Positions 1 through 8,205 of a stretch of DNA of 64,000 bases are shown piece after piece (position 1 is the first letter of the stretch; every line of letters begins with the position of its first letter). The DNA is from a virus. The DNA is taken from the IMG/VR virus record IMGVR_UViG_3300046820_003928, positions 64,001 through 128,000 of that record; one strand, given 5' to 3'. Position numbers and translations under genes: made by a program. The notes beneath the pieces were generated by a model, which ran no database searches, had not been told where the DNA came from, and saw only the letters and a program-made list of their open reading frames with translations.

Positions 1-276
1 GGGTGAATCCTTGACATCGAGAGCCTGGACAGGCTTTTCTTCTTCGAGACTTGGCGCTTTGTCGAATGTCGTGAGAGGAGCTTCTTTAGAAAGAGATTCA
101 GATGGGGACACCAGCTCTGCTGTCTGGGCGTCTGTTACCTGAAGAGGTTCGACATGAAAACCTGAAGCACTAGCAGAGGCATCTGTAGTTACAGCTGGGA
201 TAGACTTGTCATCGACCTTGCTGGGCTGATTCTGATGCTGAGTCTTAGGGTTTTGCTTTTTTTGCTTTTTTCCCAT
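1..276 (-). CDS. Hypothetical protein, 3'-partial (MGKKQKKQNPKTQHQNQPSK...), low complexity
   Basis: ATG at 276, 3 nt after the upstream stop; frame read by hand is open for 92 codons to the window edge; absent from the ORF track because it has no stop. Confidence 0.7.
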   Translation of the reverse strand, partial: MGKKQKKQNPKTQHQNQPSKVDDKSIPAVTTDASASASGFHVEPLQVTDAQTAELVSPSESLSKEAPLTTFDKAPSLEEEKPVQALDVKDSP

Positions 277-279
277 AAA

Positions 280-711
280 TTAGCTCACGACTGGAGAGAG
301 CGTATTTCCAATTGCAACGTTGTGCGCAGACATTAGACTCCAGCCTACATTTGTCCAGATAAGTTCAGCGACATCTCCGGCATTCGTAAATACGATCTGT
401 GAAAGCTGATTCCCCTTGGAGACTGAAATTGTTGCATCCCCGCCATCGGAGACCATCATGATACGCTTTAGTTGTCCCACAGCACTTCCGTTTCCAAGCT
501 CGAGAGCAGCAGATCCTGCTGCTACGTCCACGTAGGATGTGTGACACCGCACACTGACTGGGCCAGATGCTGTAACAGTCTCGGGAGCAGCAGCAGGAAT
601 AAACCCAGCAAAACATACAGAGCTTGCAATTCCAGTAGATCCATCAACACTAAAGCCAGATCCCGGGTATTGAACGAGGCCCTCTCCCGGGCTATAAACT
701 ACACTTGGCAT
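280..711 (-). CDS. Hypothetical 143-aa protein, probably virion-associated
   Basis: AGGAG RBS; ATAGTTA motif upstream; G/S/A/V-rich beta-type sequence. Confidence 0.7.
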   Translation of the reverse strand: MPSVVYSPGEGLVQYPGSGFSVDGSTGIASSVCFAGFIPAAAPETVTASGPVSVRCHTSYVDVAAGSAALELGNGSAVGQLKRIMMVSDGGDATISVSKGNQLSQIVFTNAGDVAELIWTNVGWSLMSAHNVAIGNTLSPVVS

Positions 712-769
712 ATGATCTCCTGTTTTCTTTGCTAGCTTTTAGAAAAGCTTGATAGCAGTATTGTACTTA

Positions 770-776
770 TAACTAT
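770..776 (-). promoter_or_regulatory. Putative late promoter ATAGTTA
   Basis: Matches the ATA-N-TTA motif that recurs in short intergenic gaps before structural genes. Confidence 0.45.
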
Positions 777-807
777 ACTGGCGTTTAAAAAGACATACAA
801 TCAAGGA

Positions 808-2550
808 CTATCCCTTAATGCACATCTGAACGAAAGATCGCAAAGTGATCTCTGAGATCGTTTCTGGCTTGTCCAGAATGTTCCAGATTTCTTTCTTTGA
901 CCTGTCGTCCAAGTCGCTTGGTAGCAGTGAAACAAACTGTTTTTCACTCCTGGATGCGAGTAGATCCCTCATATGAGTTCCGGATATTCTTTCTCCGCTA
1001 GAAAGCTGGACATTTTTTACGAAGACGGGTTCAATTCTCCCAGTGCCGTACTGGACTGGATAGTATTTCTGCAGAGACTCTGGAGAAAATCTGTCCTTAT
1101 CGTCTTCTCCTGCATAGAGTCTAAAAAAGACCTCAGGATCGTTAGCGTATGATCTTATTGCGCCTCTTGTGTCTCCCACAGGTTCTGCGCTGTAGCTAAT
1201 GTCTACATTTTTAGGAAGAATTGGTTCAAGATATCTCTTCCATATTTTTATCATGTCTGAACCAGAGATCTGGACTCCTCCGCTCTCTCTTGATTTTACT
1301 GAAACAATGAGAAATACCTTGTCGTTCTCTCTTGCAGCTTGCTCAATAACTGCCCAGTGTCCCTTGTGAACTGGTTTCACTGCCATCGGGACGACTCCGA
1401 TACTGACAGATCCTCTTCCCTTTCCTAGCCCGACTGCCTGTCGCTTTCCGAGAATATTACGAACAGCAGCAAGAGCGTCTTCTTGAATGTTTATGAGATT
1501 TTTTCTATCATTTTCTACGCCGACTGTAGCAAAGTCTTCCCTTGACATCGAAAAAACAATCTTAGAAAGGAAGGAGATTGCATCACCCATCGGTTCATCG
1601 TCAAGGTCGTCTTCATCAATTTTATTTCTAATGAACTTTGAAAGTTTTTCGTAATAAACATTCTCTTCTTCTGCAGATTTCTCACCAAACTCTTCTTGCT
1701 TCTTGGCACGTCTCGCTTCCTGGTCGTGCTGATCAGCCCGGGACGTCTTGAATAGCTTTCCAGTAAATCTTGTAGTCTGGCCGGTTTCTGGATCAGCAAT
1801 CGGAGAAACCACAACACCCTCAGCATCTCCACCAAGAGAAGAAGTAAAATCAGACAGAACATTAACAAAGGTGTCCAGAACTCCTTTCCAGTTCCCCCTT
1901 GAAATAAAACTGTCTATCTCTTCACTTAGATTCTCAAATCTTGTGCGAATACTGCTATCTTTGCACCCGTCGATAATTGAATCTGTAGAATCAAGTCTTC
2001 CTTCAAATATGACGGGATAAGCTTCGAGGTCAAGTGCACGTCTAAATTCTTCTTTTCTTTGTGTATCGTTTTCAAACTCTGCAAGAGATGTGACCCTGCC
2101 TCCTCTAAGGGAGTATGTTGTAGGTCCAAACCCAGTCAAAAATAGACCGCCTGTCTTTTCATAGCTCCTTGAAATTGTCGGCTTTCTCTGGATGAACTCA
2201 ACAAAAAATTCATAGTCCCTAGGAATTTTTGATGTTTGCGGGTGGACACGTGCAAGATGATCATGGACAAAAGAATACTGGCTTCTTCCTGCTGACTGTC
2301 TCTCTATTTCCTTTTCTCTGCCTAGCCCCTTTAGGCCGGCAAATTCCTCAGGAAAAACAACGTTTTCCTTGTATGAGACTATCCAGTTGTTTAGATAGCT
2401 CTTAGGATCAAAAGGCTGATCATTTCTAATAAGAGTAAGCTTTGTACCATCAAGCTTCTCTTCAACAACCATGTATTGATTGCAAAATTCTTTGGCTGCA
2501 GAATTTGATGTGATAGTCTTGACAATCTTTGGAATTGAAATATCAAGCAT
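808..2550 (-). CDS. ATP-dependent RNA-ligase-like nucleotidyltransferase fused to an HxGH (cytidylyltransferase/NMNAT/PPAT-like) domain
   Basis: N-terminal ligase motifs I EEKLDGT, III FFVEFI, IV AEGVVV, V KLFK; C-terminal KPVHKGH, AGEDD and ISGTHMR. Confidence 0.75.
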   Translation of the reverse strand: MLDISIPKIVKTITSNSAAKEFCNQYMVVEEKLDGTKLTLIRNDQPFDPKSYLNNWIVSYKENVVFPEEFAGLKGLGREKEIERQSAGRSQYSFVHDHLARVHPQTSKIPRDYEFFVEFIQRKPTISRSYEKTGGLFLTGFGPTTYSLRGGRVTSLAEFENDTQRKEEFRRALDLEAYPVIFEGRLDSTDSIIDGCKDSSIRTRFENLSEEIDSFISRGNWKGVLDTFVNVLSDFTSSLGGDAEGVVVSPIADPETGQTTRFTGKLFKTSRADQHDQEARRAKKQEEFGEKSAEEENVYYEKLSKFIRNKIDEDDLDDEPMGDAISFLSKIVFSMSREDFATVGVENDRKNLINIQEDALAAVRNILGKRQAVGLGKGRGSVSIGVVPMAVKPVHKGHWAVIEQAARENDKVFLIVSVKSRESGGVQISGSDMIKIWKRYLEPILPKNVDISYSAEPVGDTRGAIRSYANDPEVFFRLYAGEDDKDRFSPESLQKYYPVQYGTGRIEPVFVKNVQLSSGERISGTHMRDLLASRSEKQFVSLLPSDLDDRSKKEIWNILDKPETISEITLRSFVQMCIKG

Positions 2551-3841
2551 TGAGAATTCCTCTGATTAGCCTGCGTAGCCCTTCTTCAAGTTCAACTGGC
2601 GCAAGCTCTTCATCGTCACTAGCGAGCGAGCCTCTATCCGCCATTTTCAGCTTGAATCTTTTATAATATTTCTCAAGCATTGCCTCAATCTCTTCAGGAG
2701 GTAGCACTTCATTGAGAACATCATCAAATCCAAAAGATCTAATTGCAGCAACAGCAGCTGCCTTTGGCTTGATGTCCTTGGCCTCACTATACGTGCTGAT
2801 CTCTTGTCCGTGATCACCTATAAGCTTATACAAAAAAGATTTAAGAACTTTCCCACAAAACTTCCTGCCCTCGGGATCTGGTAGAAGATTCTCTCGCATA
2901 ATATCGAGTAATCCTAAAAAGGATCTCATCTTCTCAAGATCCTCAGGCTCAGCAGAAAATCCAAAGGCTGCCTCGAAGATTTTTTCAGCATCAGTCACGT
3001 ATTTTTTCTCGCTAGGCTGCGTCACCTTGTAGACAGGCTGCCCCTCGTGTTCATAATCTTGCTTTGTAAGACGCGTTGTCCCTAGACCCTTGTCAACTGC
3101 AAGAGACTGCATATGGAGATCTGGTCCGGGCTCTTTCACAAGTCTTAGCTTTTCTTTTGTCGAAGCTGGGGTAGCAATATGTCCAGAGACACGAGATCTG
3201 ATTGATACGAGAGACTGCAACAGGTATTTGTGAAAAACTCCCTTGACTGACTGCTGAACATCTCGCCAGTTGGATGAGTGACTCAATTTGACCCATGATT
3301 TTAATGCTTTAGAAGTCTTCTCATCCTCTCCCTGCACTGGAATAGGTTGTGGCATAAAGTCAAACTGAATATATGGATTTCCCTTTCCATCCACGTACTG
3401 AAAGATTGTATTTGTGCCCCTATCATTGGCAACATTTTCGTTTGGCTGGATCTTCGTTCCAATAATCTTAAATTTGGATCCGAGCATCGATCCCTTGTTT
3501 TGATCGAGGAACTTTATTAACGAAGATCCGCGCTCTCCTGCTTGCGGGATGTAGATGTCAAGATCGCTAAAGGTCTCTTTATAAAATGAGAAATCCTCGT
3601 CGCTGATGCTAGGGTCAACGATGTGCTCAGTTGAACCGCCAAAGATCAAAAGATCACTGAAGTAGCTCTCAAGTTCGGGCCAAAGCAACTTGCCAAACAT
3701 TGATGAAAATCCATCATTGAGAGCAGACAGCATTTCTTTGATATCTGCAATAAATCGATTTCTAGCGTTCTCTGATTTGAATTTAAGAGAATTTCCAGAG
3801 ATCAGTTTGCCATCAAGATCATAACGATAATTTCCACCCAT
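2543..3841 (-). CDS. DNA polymerase beta-superfamily nucleotidyltransferase
   Basis: IFGGST...FSDLDIYI (hG[GS]...DxD) plus a third acidic residue in YIQFDFM; ATG at 3841 preferred over TTG 3847; overlaps the next gene by 8 nt. Confidence 0.7.
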   Translation of the reverse strand: MGGNYRYDLDGKLISGNSLKFKSENARNRFIADIKEMLSALNDGFSSMFGKLLWPELESYFSDLLIFGGSTEHIVDPSISDEDFSFYKETFSDLDIYIPQAGERGSSLIKFLDQNKGSMLGSKFKIIGTKIQPNENVANDRGTNTIFQYVDGKGNPYIQFDFMPQPIPVQGEDEKTSKALKSWVKLSHSSNWRDVQQSVKGVFHKYLLQSLVSIRSRVSGHIATPASTKEKLRLVKEPGPDLHMQSLAVDKGLGTTRLTKQDYEHEGQPVYKVTQPSEKKYVTDAEKIFEAAFGFSAEPEDLEKMRSFLGLLDIMRENLLPDPEGRKFCGKVLKSFLYKLIGDHGQEISTYSEAKDIKPKAAAVAAIRSFGFDDVLNEVLPPEEIEAMLEKYYKRFKLKMADRGSLASDDEELAPVELEEGLRRLIRGILNA

Positions 3842-3862
3842 ATGCAATCACTCGCTTTTAGC

Positions 3863-3869
3863 TAACTAT
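3863..3869 (-). promoter_or_regulatory. Putative late promoter ATAGTTA for the nucleotidyltransferase pair
   Basis: GATAGTTA overlapping the upstream stop codon, 21 nt before ATG 3841. Confidence 0.45.
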
Positions 3870-5278
3870 CGTGAAATAGTAAAAATCTTTGATCCTGCAC
3901 CCCAGATCCTAAAAACTCGGGATTCTGATGCTATCTGTCGCTCAGATTTTCCATCTCTTGCTCTGAACTTAAATCGATCAAACCTGCTTCTGAGATCTGA
4001 GTACCAGTAGTCAGGACCCGTTGATCCCACTTCGACAAATCCCGACTTTAGATACCCTTCTCCCTTTCCGACTCGACGATCGACGTAAGTCATCAATCCT
4101 TGTTTTTCAGATTCTACTGCATATTTGTAAGCCACACTAGAAATTCTCGACAATCCTCCTGGAATATTCCATCCGGGAGCAATTGCAAATCTTGAGATCT
4201 CAAGCCATTCATTCCACTTTTTCTGTCGTGGCGCCCGCAAAGACATACAAGCAACAATCTCGCCCTTGTGCTCTAGCCCCCACGCGATCTTTGCTACTGC
4301 ATACCCAGACAGGTGGCTTCTTTCAAAAAACTGTCGCTGCGTATGAGCGTCAACTTCTACAATCTTGCACTGTCTTGCTCCAGCGTGATATTTAAAAAGA
4401 CCTAGACGACTAAGGATCATACCTTTGACAATCTCCTGTCGATCTTGCCATTCATCTTGAAAAATCTGTAAGAGTCGAACTCCTGCAGCATCTGCAAGAT
4501 TTGCCTTTATAGAATGTGCTTTAGGGTCACACCCAGTTTTTGCCTCAGAGTGAAAATAGAGACCGTGACACTCGATGCCAAGATTCTTCTCTGGAACAAA
4601 GATGTCAATCTCTTTCGGGGCTATTACAGTTCTGTCTCCCCTTCTTGTCTGTATGCCAAGATCTTTGATCCAGGACTCGACCTCAATCTGCCATTGAGAC
4701 GCTGTGACTGGGTGACAGGTCTCACAGAGGGATCCTCGTTCAAATGCTTGCAAAGTCTTCTGCTGGATATCTCCACAGGTTTTGCATCTGAGTTCAAGAT
4801 ATTGACGCTGTCTGCTAAAATATTCATGCAAAGGAGTTAGAAGCTTAAAATCAGAATCTCTTTCCTCGATTCGTGATGCTATCGTCTCTTTCCCCAGCCG
4901 CTTTGAGATGCTGATGCGTGCCCGAGTGACATCATCGTGCCTGCGACCAAAAAAGGGATTTCCGGATCCAGATACCTTGTTAGAAATTTCTCTAATGCGA
5001 GAGTCAGTCTGCGCCGTTTTTCCCTTGTTCCATGATTCAGCCCTTCCTCCCTTTGCGCCGCCTTCTCTAGCTGCAATTCTGGAACACCCTTGACAGTATT
5101 TCTTAAACTGGAAAGAAGAGTATCTCGTTAAAGATCCACATGAAGCGCAAAGGGGTCGCACATCATGATGATGGAACTTTATTGTATATTCCTCTCCTGA
5201 CATGCCATGAGACTTCTTGATATGGTTTGACAGAGATTTACCATCAGGAAAATCAGCATCGCATCCAAGACACTTCAT
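3866..5278 (-). CDS. Hef-like homing endonuclease (Zn-finger + NUMOD3 + Vsr/DUF559-type nuclease + GNAT/Mom-like C-terminus)
   Basis: C2H2-like N-terminus; SWNKGK and GSGNPFFGRRH (NUMOD3); EIDIFVPEKNLGIECHGLYFHS and IFQDEW; C-terminal LEISRFA, GGLSRI, TYVDRR. Confidence 0.75.
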   Translation of the reverse strand: MKCLGCDADFPDGKSLSNHIKKSHGMSGEEYTIKFHHHDVRPLCASCGSLTRYSSFQFKKYCQGCSRIAAREGGAKGGRAESWNKGKTAQTDSRIREISNKVSGSGNPFFGRRHDDVTRARISISKRLGKETIASRIEERDSDFKLLTPLHEYFSRQRQYLELRCKTCGDIQQKTLQAFERGSLCETCHPVTASQWQIEVESWIKDLGIQTRRGDRTVIAPKEIDIFVPEKNLGIECHGLYFHSEAKTGCDPKAHSIKANLADAAGVRLLQIFQDEWQDRQEIVKGMILSRLGLFKYHAGARQCKIVEVDAHTQRQFFERSHLSGYAVAKIAWGLEHKGEIVACMSLRAPRQKKWNEWLEISRFAIAPGWNIPGGLSRISSVAYKYAVESEKQGLMTYVDRRVGKGEGYLKSGFVEVGSTGPDYWYSDLRSRFDRFKFRARDGKSERQIASESRVFRIWGAGSKIFTISR

Positions 5279-5327
5279 GTCATAATACCCTTGTATGATA
5301 TTTATTCTAATAGAAAATGATGTTTAT

Positions 5328-5361
5328 AAAACAAAAACGGCCACCCCGGTGAGAGCGTAGC
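5328..5361 (-). terminator. Degenerate or half intrinsic terminator
   Basis: CCGGGGTGGCCG followed by TTTTTGTTTT; the 5' arm pairs only weakly. Confidence 0.3.
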
Positions 5362-5364
5362 GAA

Positions 5365-6153
5365 TCAAGAGAATCTAACCACCTCAAGATGCGCTTCGTT
5401 CTGGATGCACCATGTCATTGTTGCACGCCACTTTTCACGGTCGGTGTCAGTCTCATGCCCTTTCACCTCGTACAGAGTCTTTCTGTCAAGCGTCAGAAAG
5501 TCTGGGATGTAGACCCGCTCGACACCGTTCGGGTCCACGTACGGGATGCGGATGCCGTGCTGCTTGGTGACAGGAATATTCCGTTCGATGCACTCATCGA
5601 GGAATCGAGTCTCCCAGGAGGAGTGCATGTATTCCTCCCGACCGGTGAATGGGTTGAGCTTCCACTCGGTTCTGTAGGGCGCCTGGGGACCGATCTTGCC
5701 CTGCTCGAGGAGATCACAAGCTCGGGAGGACTGCAGCTTTCTCTTCCCAGCTGATTCGGGCTTCTGCCAGTTCTCGGCGTTTGTTTTTGCTGAGCGCTTT
5801 CGGACTTCAGGGGTGATGTGCGCTCGCATAAGCGAAGCTTGATTTGTTGCCTTGTCTTTATTTTCTCCGTAAAAACGGACTAAGTTTTTACGATTCTTCT
5901 CGCCAATTTTCGCTTTCGATTCATTTGTCAGACGACCCTCAATTCTTGCCGAGTGGCCGTGAATATACCGCAGAAATCTCATTCCCTGAGATCTTGAGAA
6001 GGGTACATCGAGTCCGCAGCCACATTCACACTTTGGGTTGACTCCTCCGTGTATGTAGTTTAGAAGATAACTTTCGTAAGAAGTGTTGTGTGCCCGGAGC
6101 ACGTGTGGTGCAAGACGTTCGAAATCTTTCTGGCAGATTTTGCATGATTCCAT
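5365..6153 (-). CDS. Putative homing endonuclease (Zn-finger + TnsA-like PD-(D/E)XK nuclease)
   Basis: CKIC...HVLRAH and CECGCG; C-terminal SSWE...IPY...YIPDFL...YEVKG; free-standing downstream of the capsid gene. Confidence 0.7.
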   Translation of the reverse strand: MESCKICQKDFERLAPHVLRAHNTSYESYLLNYIHGGVNPKCECGCGLDVPFSRSQGMRFLRYIHGHSARIEGRLTNESKAKIGEKNRKNLVRFYGENKDKATNQASLMRAHITPEVRKRSAKTNAENWQKPESAGKRKLQSSRACDLLEQGKIGPQAPYRTEWKLNPFTGREEYMHSSWETRFLDECIERNIPVTKQHGIRIPYVDPNGVERVYIPDFLTLDRKTLYEVKGHETDTDREKWRATMTWCIQNEAHLEVVRFS

Positions 6154-6159
6154 GATTAG

Positions 6160-6165
6160 ATTATA
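6160..6165 (-). promoter_or_regulatory. -10 box TATAAT 6 nt upstream of the endonuclease ATG (leaderless)
   Basis: TATAAT-ctaatc-ATG, no SD, no clear -35. Confidence 0.4.
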
Positions 6166-6189
6166 TTCATATCAACATGAAAGTTATAT

Positions 6190-6232
6190 AAAAAAGAAAC
6201 AAAGATGGCGCCCTTTTTAGGGGGCGCCATCT
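6190..6232 (-). terminator. Rho-independent terminator after the major capsid gene
   Basis: 11-bp stem AGATGGCGCCC/GGGCGCCATCT followed by TTGTTTCTTTTT. Confidence 0.85.
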
Positions 6233-6271
6233 ATATAGTTGATCTAATTGATTAGATTAGATTACGTTCAA

Positions 6272-8179
6272 CTATATAATATTCATGTCAAGACACGTGA
6301 CCGTCCCGTAGAAGTCGGCGCGGACCATCTTCTTGCCGTAACGGGTCATAACGCCCTTGCGAGGAGTGAAATCCTCGGGAGCAAAGATCGTCGGGGTGAC
6401 GATGAGTGGGACGTAAGGAGCGTAGACATAGCCTGTCTCGAGGTAGCTGCCGCCCTTGTAGCCGACAAGAACCTTGTTACGGGGGAAGTAAGGGTCCTTG
6501 TAGACGGTGAAGCGGTTGCTCAGGGTGCCGATGGGGGTGGCGCCGATGGACATCGAGCCGCCGACCTGGCCCTGGCCATCGATCGAGTAGTTGGGCTTGT
6601 AGAGAACCGAAGCCTCGAGGACGGTGGCGACATCGGGTGAAACCACGATGAAGTTGGCCGAGCCGCGAAGGGTCTTGCGGTGGATCTCGTTAGCGACGTC
6701 GATGATGGTCTCGATGAGGGTCTCGTACCACTCGCGGACGGTGCCTGTGAAGGCAGGGCCGGGCTGCGTGGAAGAGGAGCGAGAGATCTCAGCGCCTGTG
6801 GTCTTGTTGACGAAGCGACCTGGTGCACGGCTCCAGTAGTAGTTGGCGCCACGAGCCTCGGTGAGGAGGTCGTTGAGGATCTCACGGTCGATCTCAAGAG
6901 CGATCTGCTCGGAGAGGATCTGGGTGAGCTCGACCTCTGCATCCATCGAGTGGTATGCGTTGAGGTCCTGGGCCAGCTCTGGTGACCAGCGAGCGCGCAG
7001 CTTGCGGGTTGTGGCTGTGACTGGGATGCTCTCGATCTTGATGTCGATCTCGGGGATGACAACCTGGGGCTGTGTAGCAAAGTCAGACTCGAACGAGGGG
7101 ATCGTCAGAGTTGATGCATCAGAGCCGTCAACGTTGAGCGAGTCAGCGATGGCGTATGATGCTGTGAGGTAGACAGCTGAGGTTGCTGCAGCGCCTGGGA
7201 TGTATGTACCAGAGACAACTGTAAGAACTGCTGCGCCGGCGGAGCCAGAGGGAAGCAGGGGGTTGGGGGTGAAGATGCCACCGCTGTAGGTGCCGAGCTG
7301 GTTGAGACGACGAACGTTGAGGATGTTCTGGCCGCCCTGGAAGGTCTCACCAGGAACTGCAAGGCCTGAAGTGCCTCCTGCAGAGTGAAGGGCGATCTCC
7401 TTGACCTGATTGAGGTCAACGTTTGATGGGAAGGAGGCAACGCTGAGGACCAGGAACTGGAACTGACCGGTGGAAGCTAGTGTACCATCAGCTGCATCTG
7501 TCTCGATAAGCGAGGTGATCTGTGGGTCGAACTGGAGGAAGCGACCGTCTGTACCAGTTGCAAAGGCCTTTGCAGCGTTGGTGAGTGTGGTGCCGCCCTG
7601 CCAGGAACCCGAGGCGAGGAGACCAACGCCGGTGGAGCTGGTGTGCACCTTTGTGAAACCGGTGCCGACGAGATCGTACTGGCCGCCGGTTGCGAGTGAA
7701 CCAGAGCGGATTCCCTTTCCGGTTGGGTTGTTGTAGATCGACTGACCACCCTTGTAGGTTGCGCCTGAGGTTGAGACGCCAGTCTGGAGGTTGGCATCGC
7801 CACCGACGTCTGAGCCGTAGGTGTAATCCAGGTAAAACAGGAGACCGGATGGGAGGCTCATTGGCTGGATGGAGACGAGCTCGTTAGCAACGAGACCGCC
7901 GAAGACGCGACGGACAATGGGGAAGGCGATGTTGGTGAAGCCACGGATATCACCGGAGCCAACTGCATTGGCGCCGCCGGTGCCGAGGGAGTTGACCTCG
8001 CGGAGGACCTGGGCTGCCTGGTTCTCCATGAGGCGGGCCATGTTGTCACGCTTGACGCCATCGAGACCGCGGAGGAGACCGGTGCGTGTCCACTTCTCGA
8101 TGAGGCGCTTGCCCTCCTCAGTCACATTACGATCGGAAATGCCCTCAGTGAGCATGTTGAGTGAAAAAGACTTAGACAT
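6272..8179 (-). CDS. gp23: Major capsid protein (T4 gp23-like) with a large variable insertion
   Basis: FPIVRRVF, VSIQPMSLPSGLLFYLD, TRKLRARWSPELAQDLNAYH, YAPYVPL, FTPRKGVMTRY; AGGAG RBS; strongly C/G-ending codons. Confidence 0.97.
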   Translation of the reverse strand: MSKSFSLNMLTEGISDRNVTEEGKRLIEKWTRTGLLRGLDGVKRDNMARLMENQAAQVLREVNSLGTGGANAVGSGDIRGFTNIAFPIVRRVFGGLVANELVSIQPMSLPSGLLFYLDYTYGSDVGGDANLQTGVSTSGATYKGGQSIYNNPTGKGIRSGSLATGGQYDLVGTGFTKVHTSSTGVGLLASGSWQGGTTLTNAAKAFATGTDGRFLQFDPQITSLIETDAADGTLASTGQFQFLVLSVASFPSNVDLNQVKEIALHSAGGTSGLAVPGETFQGGQNILNVRRLNQLGTYSGGIFTPNPLLPSGSAGAAVLTVVSGTYIPGAAATSAVYLTASYAIADSLNVDGSDASTLTIPSFESDFATQPQVVIPEIDIKIESIPVTATTRKLRARWSPELAQDLNAYHSMDAEVELTQILSEQIALEIDREILNDLLTEARGANYYWSRAPGRFVNKTTGAEISRSSSTQPGPAFTGTVREWYETLIETIIDVANEIHRKTLRGSANFIVVSPDVATVLEASVLYKPNYSIDGQGQVGGSMSIGATPIGTLSNRFTVYKDPYFPRNKVLVGYKGGSYLETGYVYAPYVPLIVTPTIFAPEDFTPRKGVMTRYGKKMVRADFYGTVTCLDMNII

Positions 8180-8205
8180 ATTAAAAACTCCTTAAGCTTG
8201 TTTGA

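Noticed and set aside
712-807. Short inverted repeats as an ncRNA or tRNA
   Set aside because: AT-rich weak stems, no cloverleaf; better explained as promoter plus leader
5365-6153. TnsA-like domain as a Tn7 transposon or a gp4 head-completion nuclease
   Set aside because: No tnsB/C or transposon ends; the Zn-finger N-terminus shared with the neighbouring endonuclease favours a homing endonuclease
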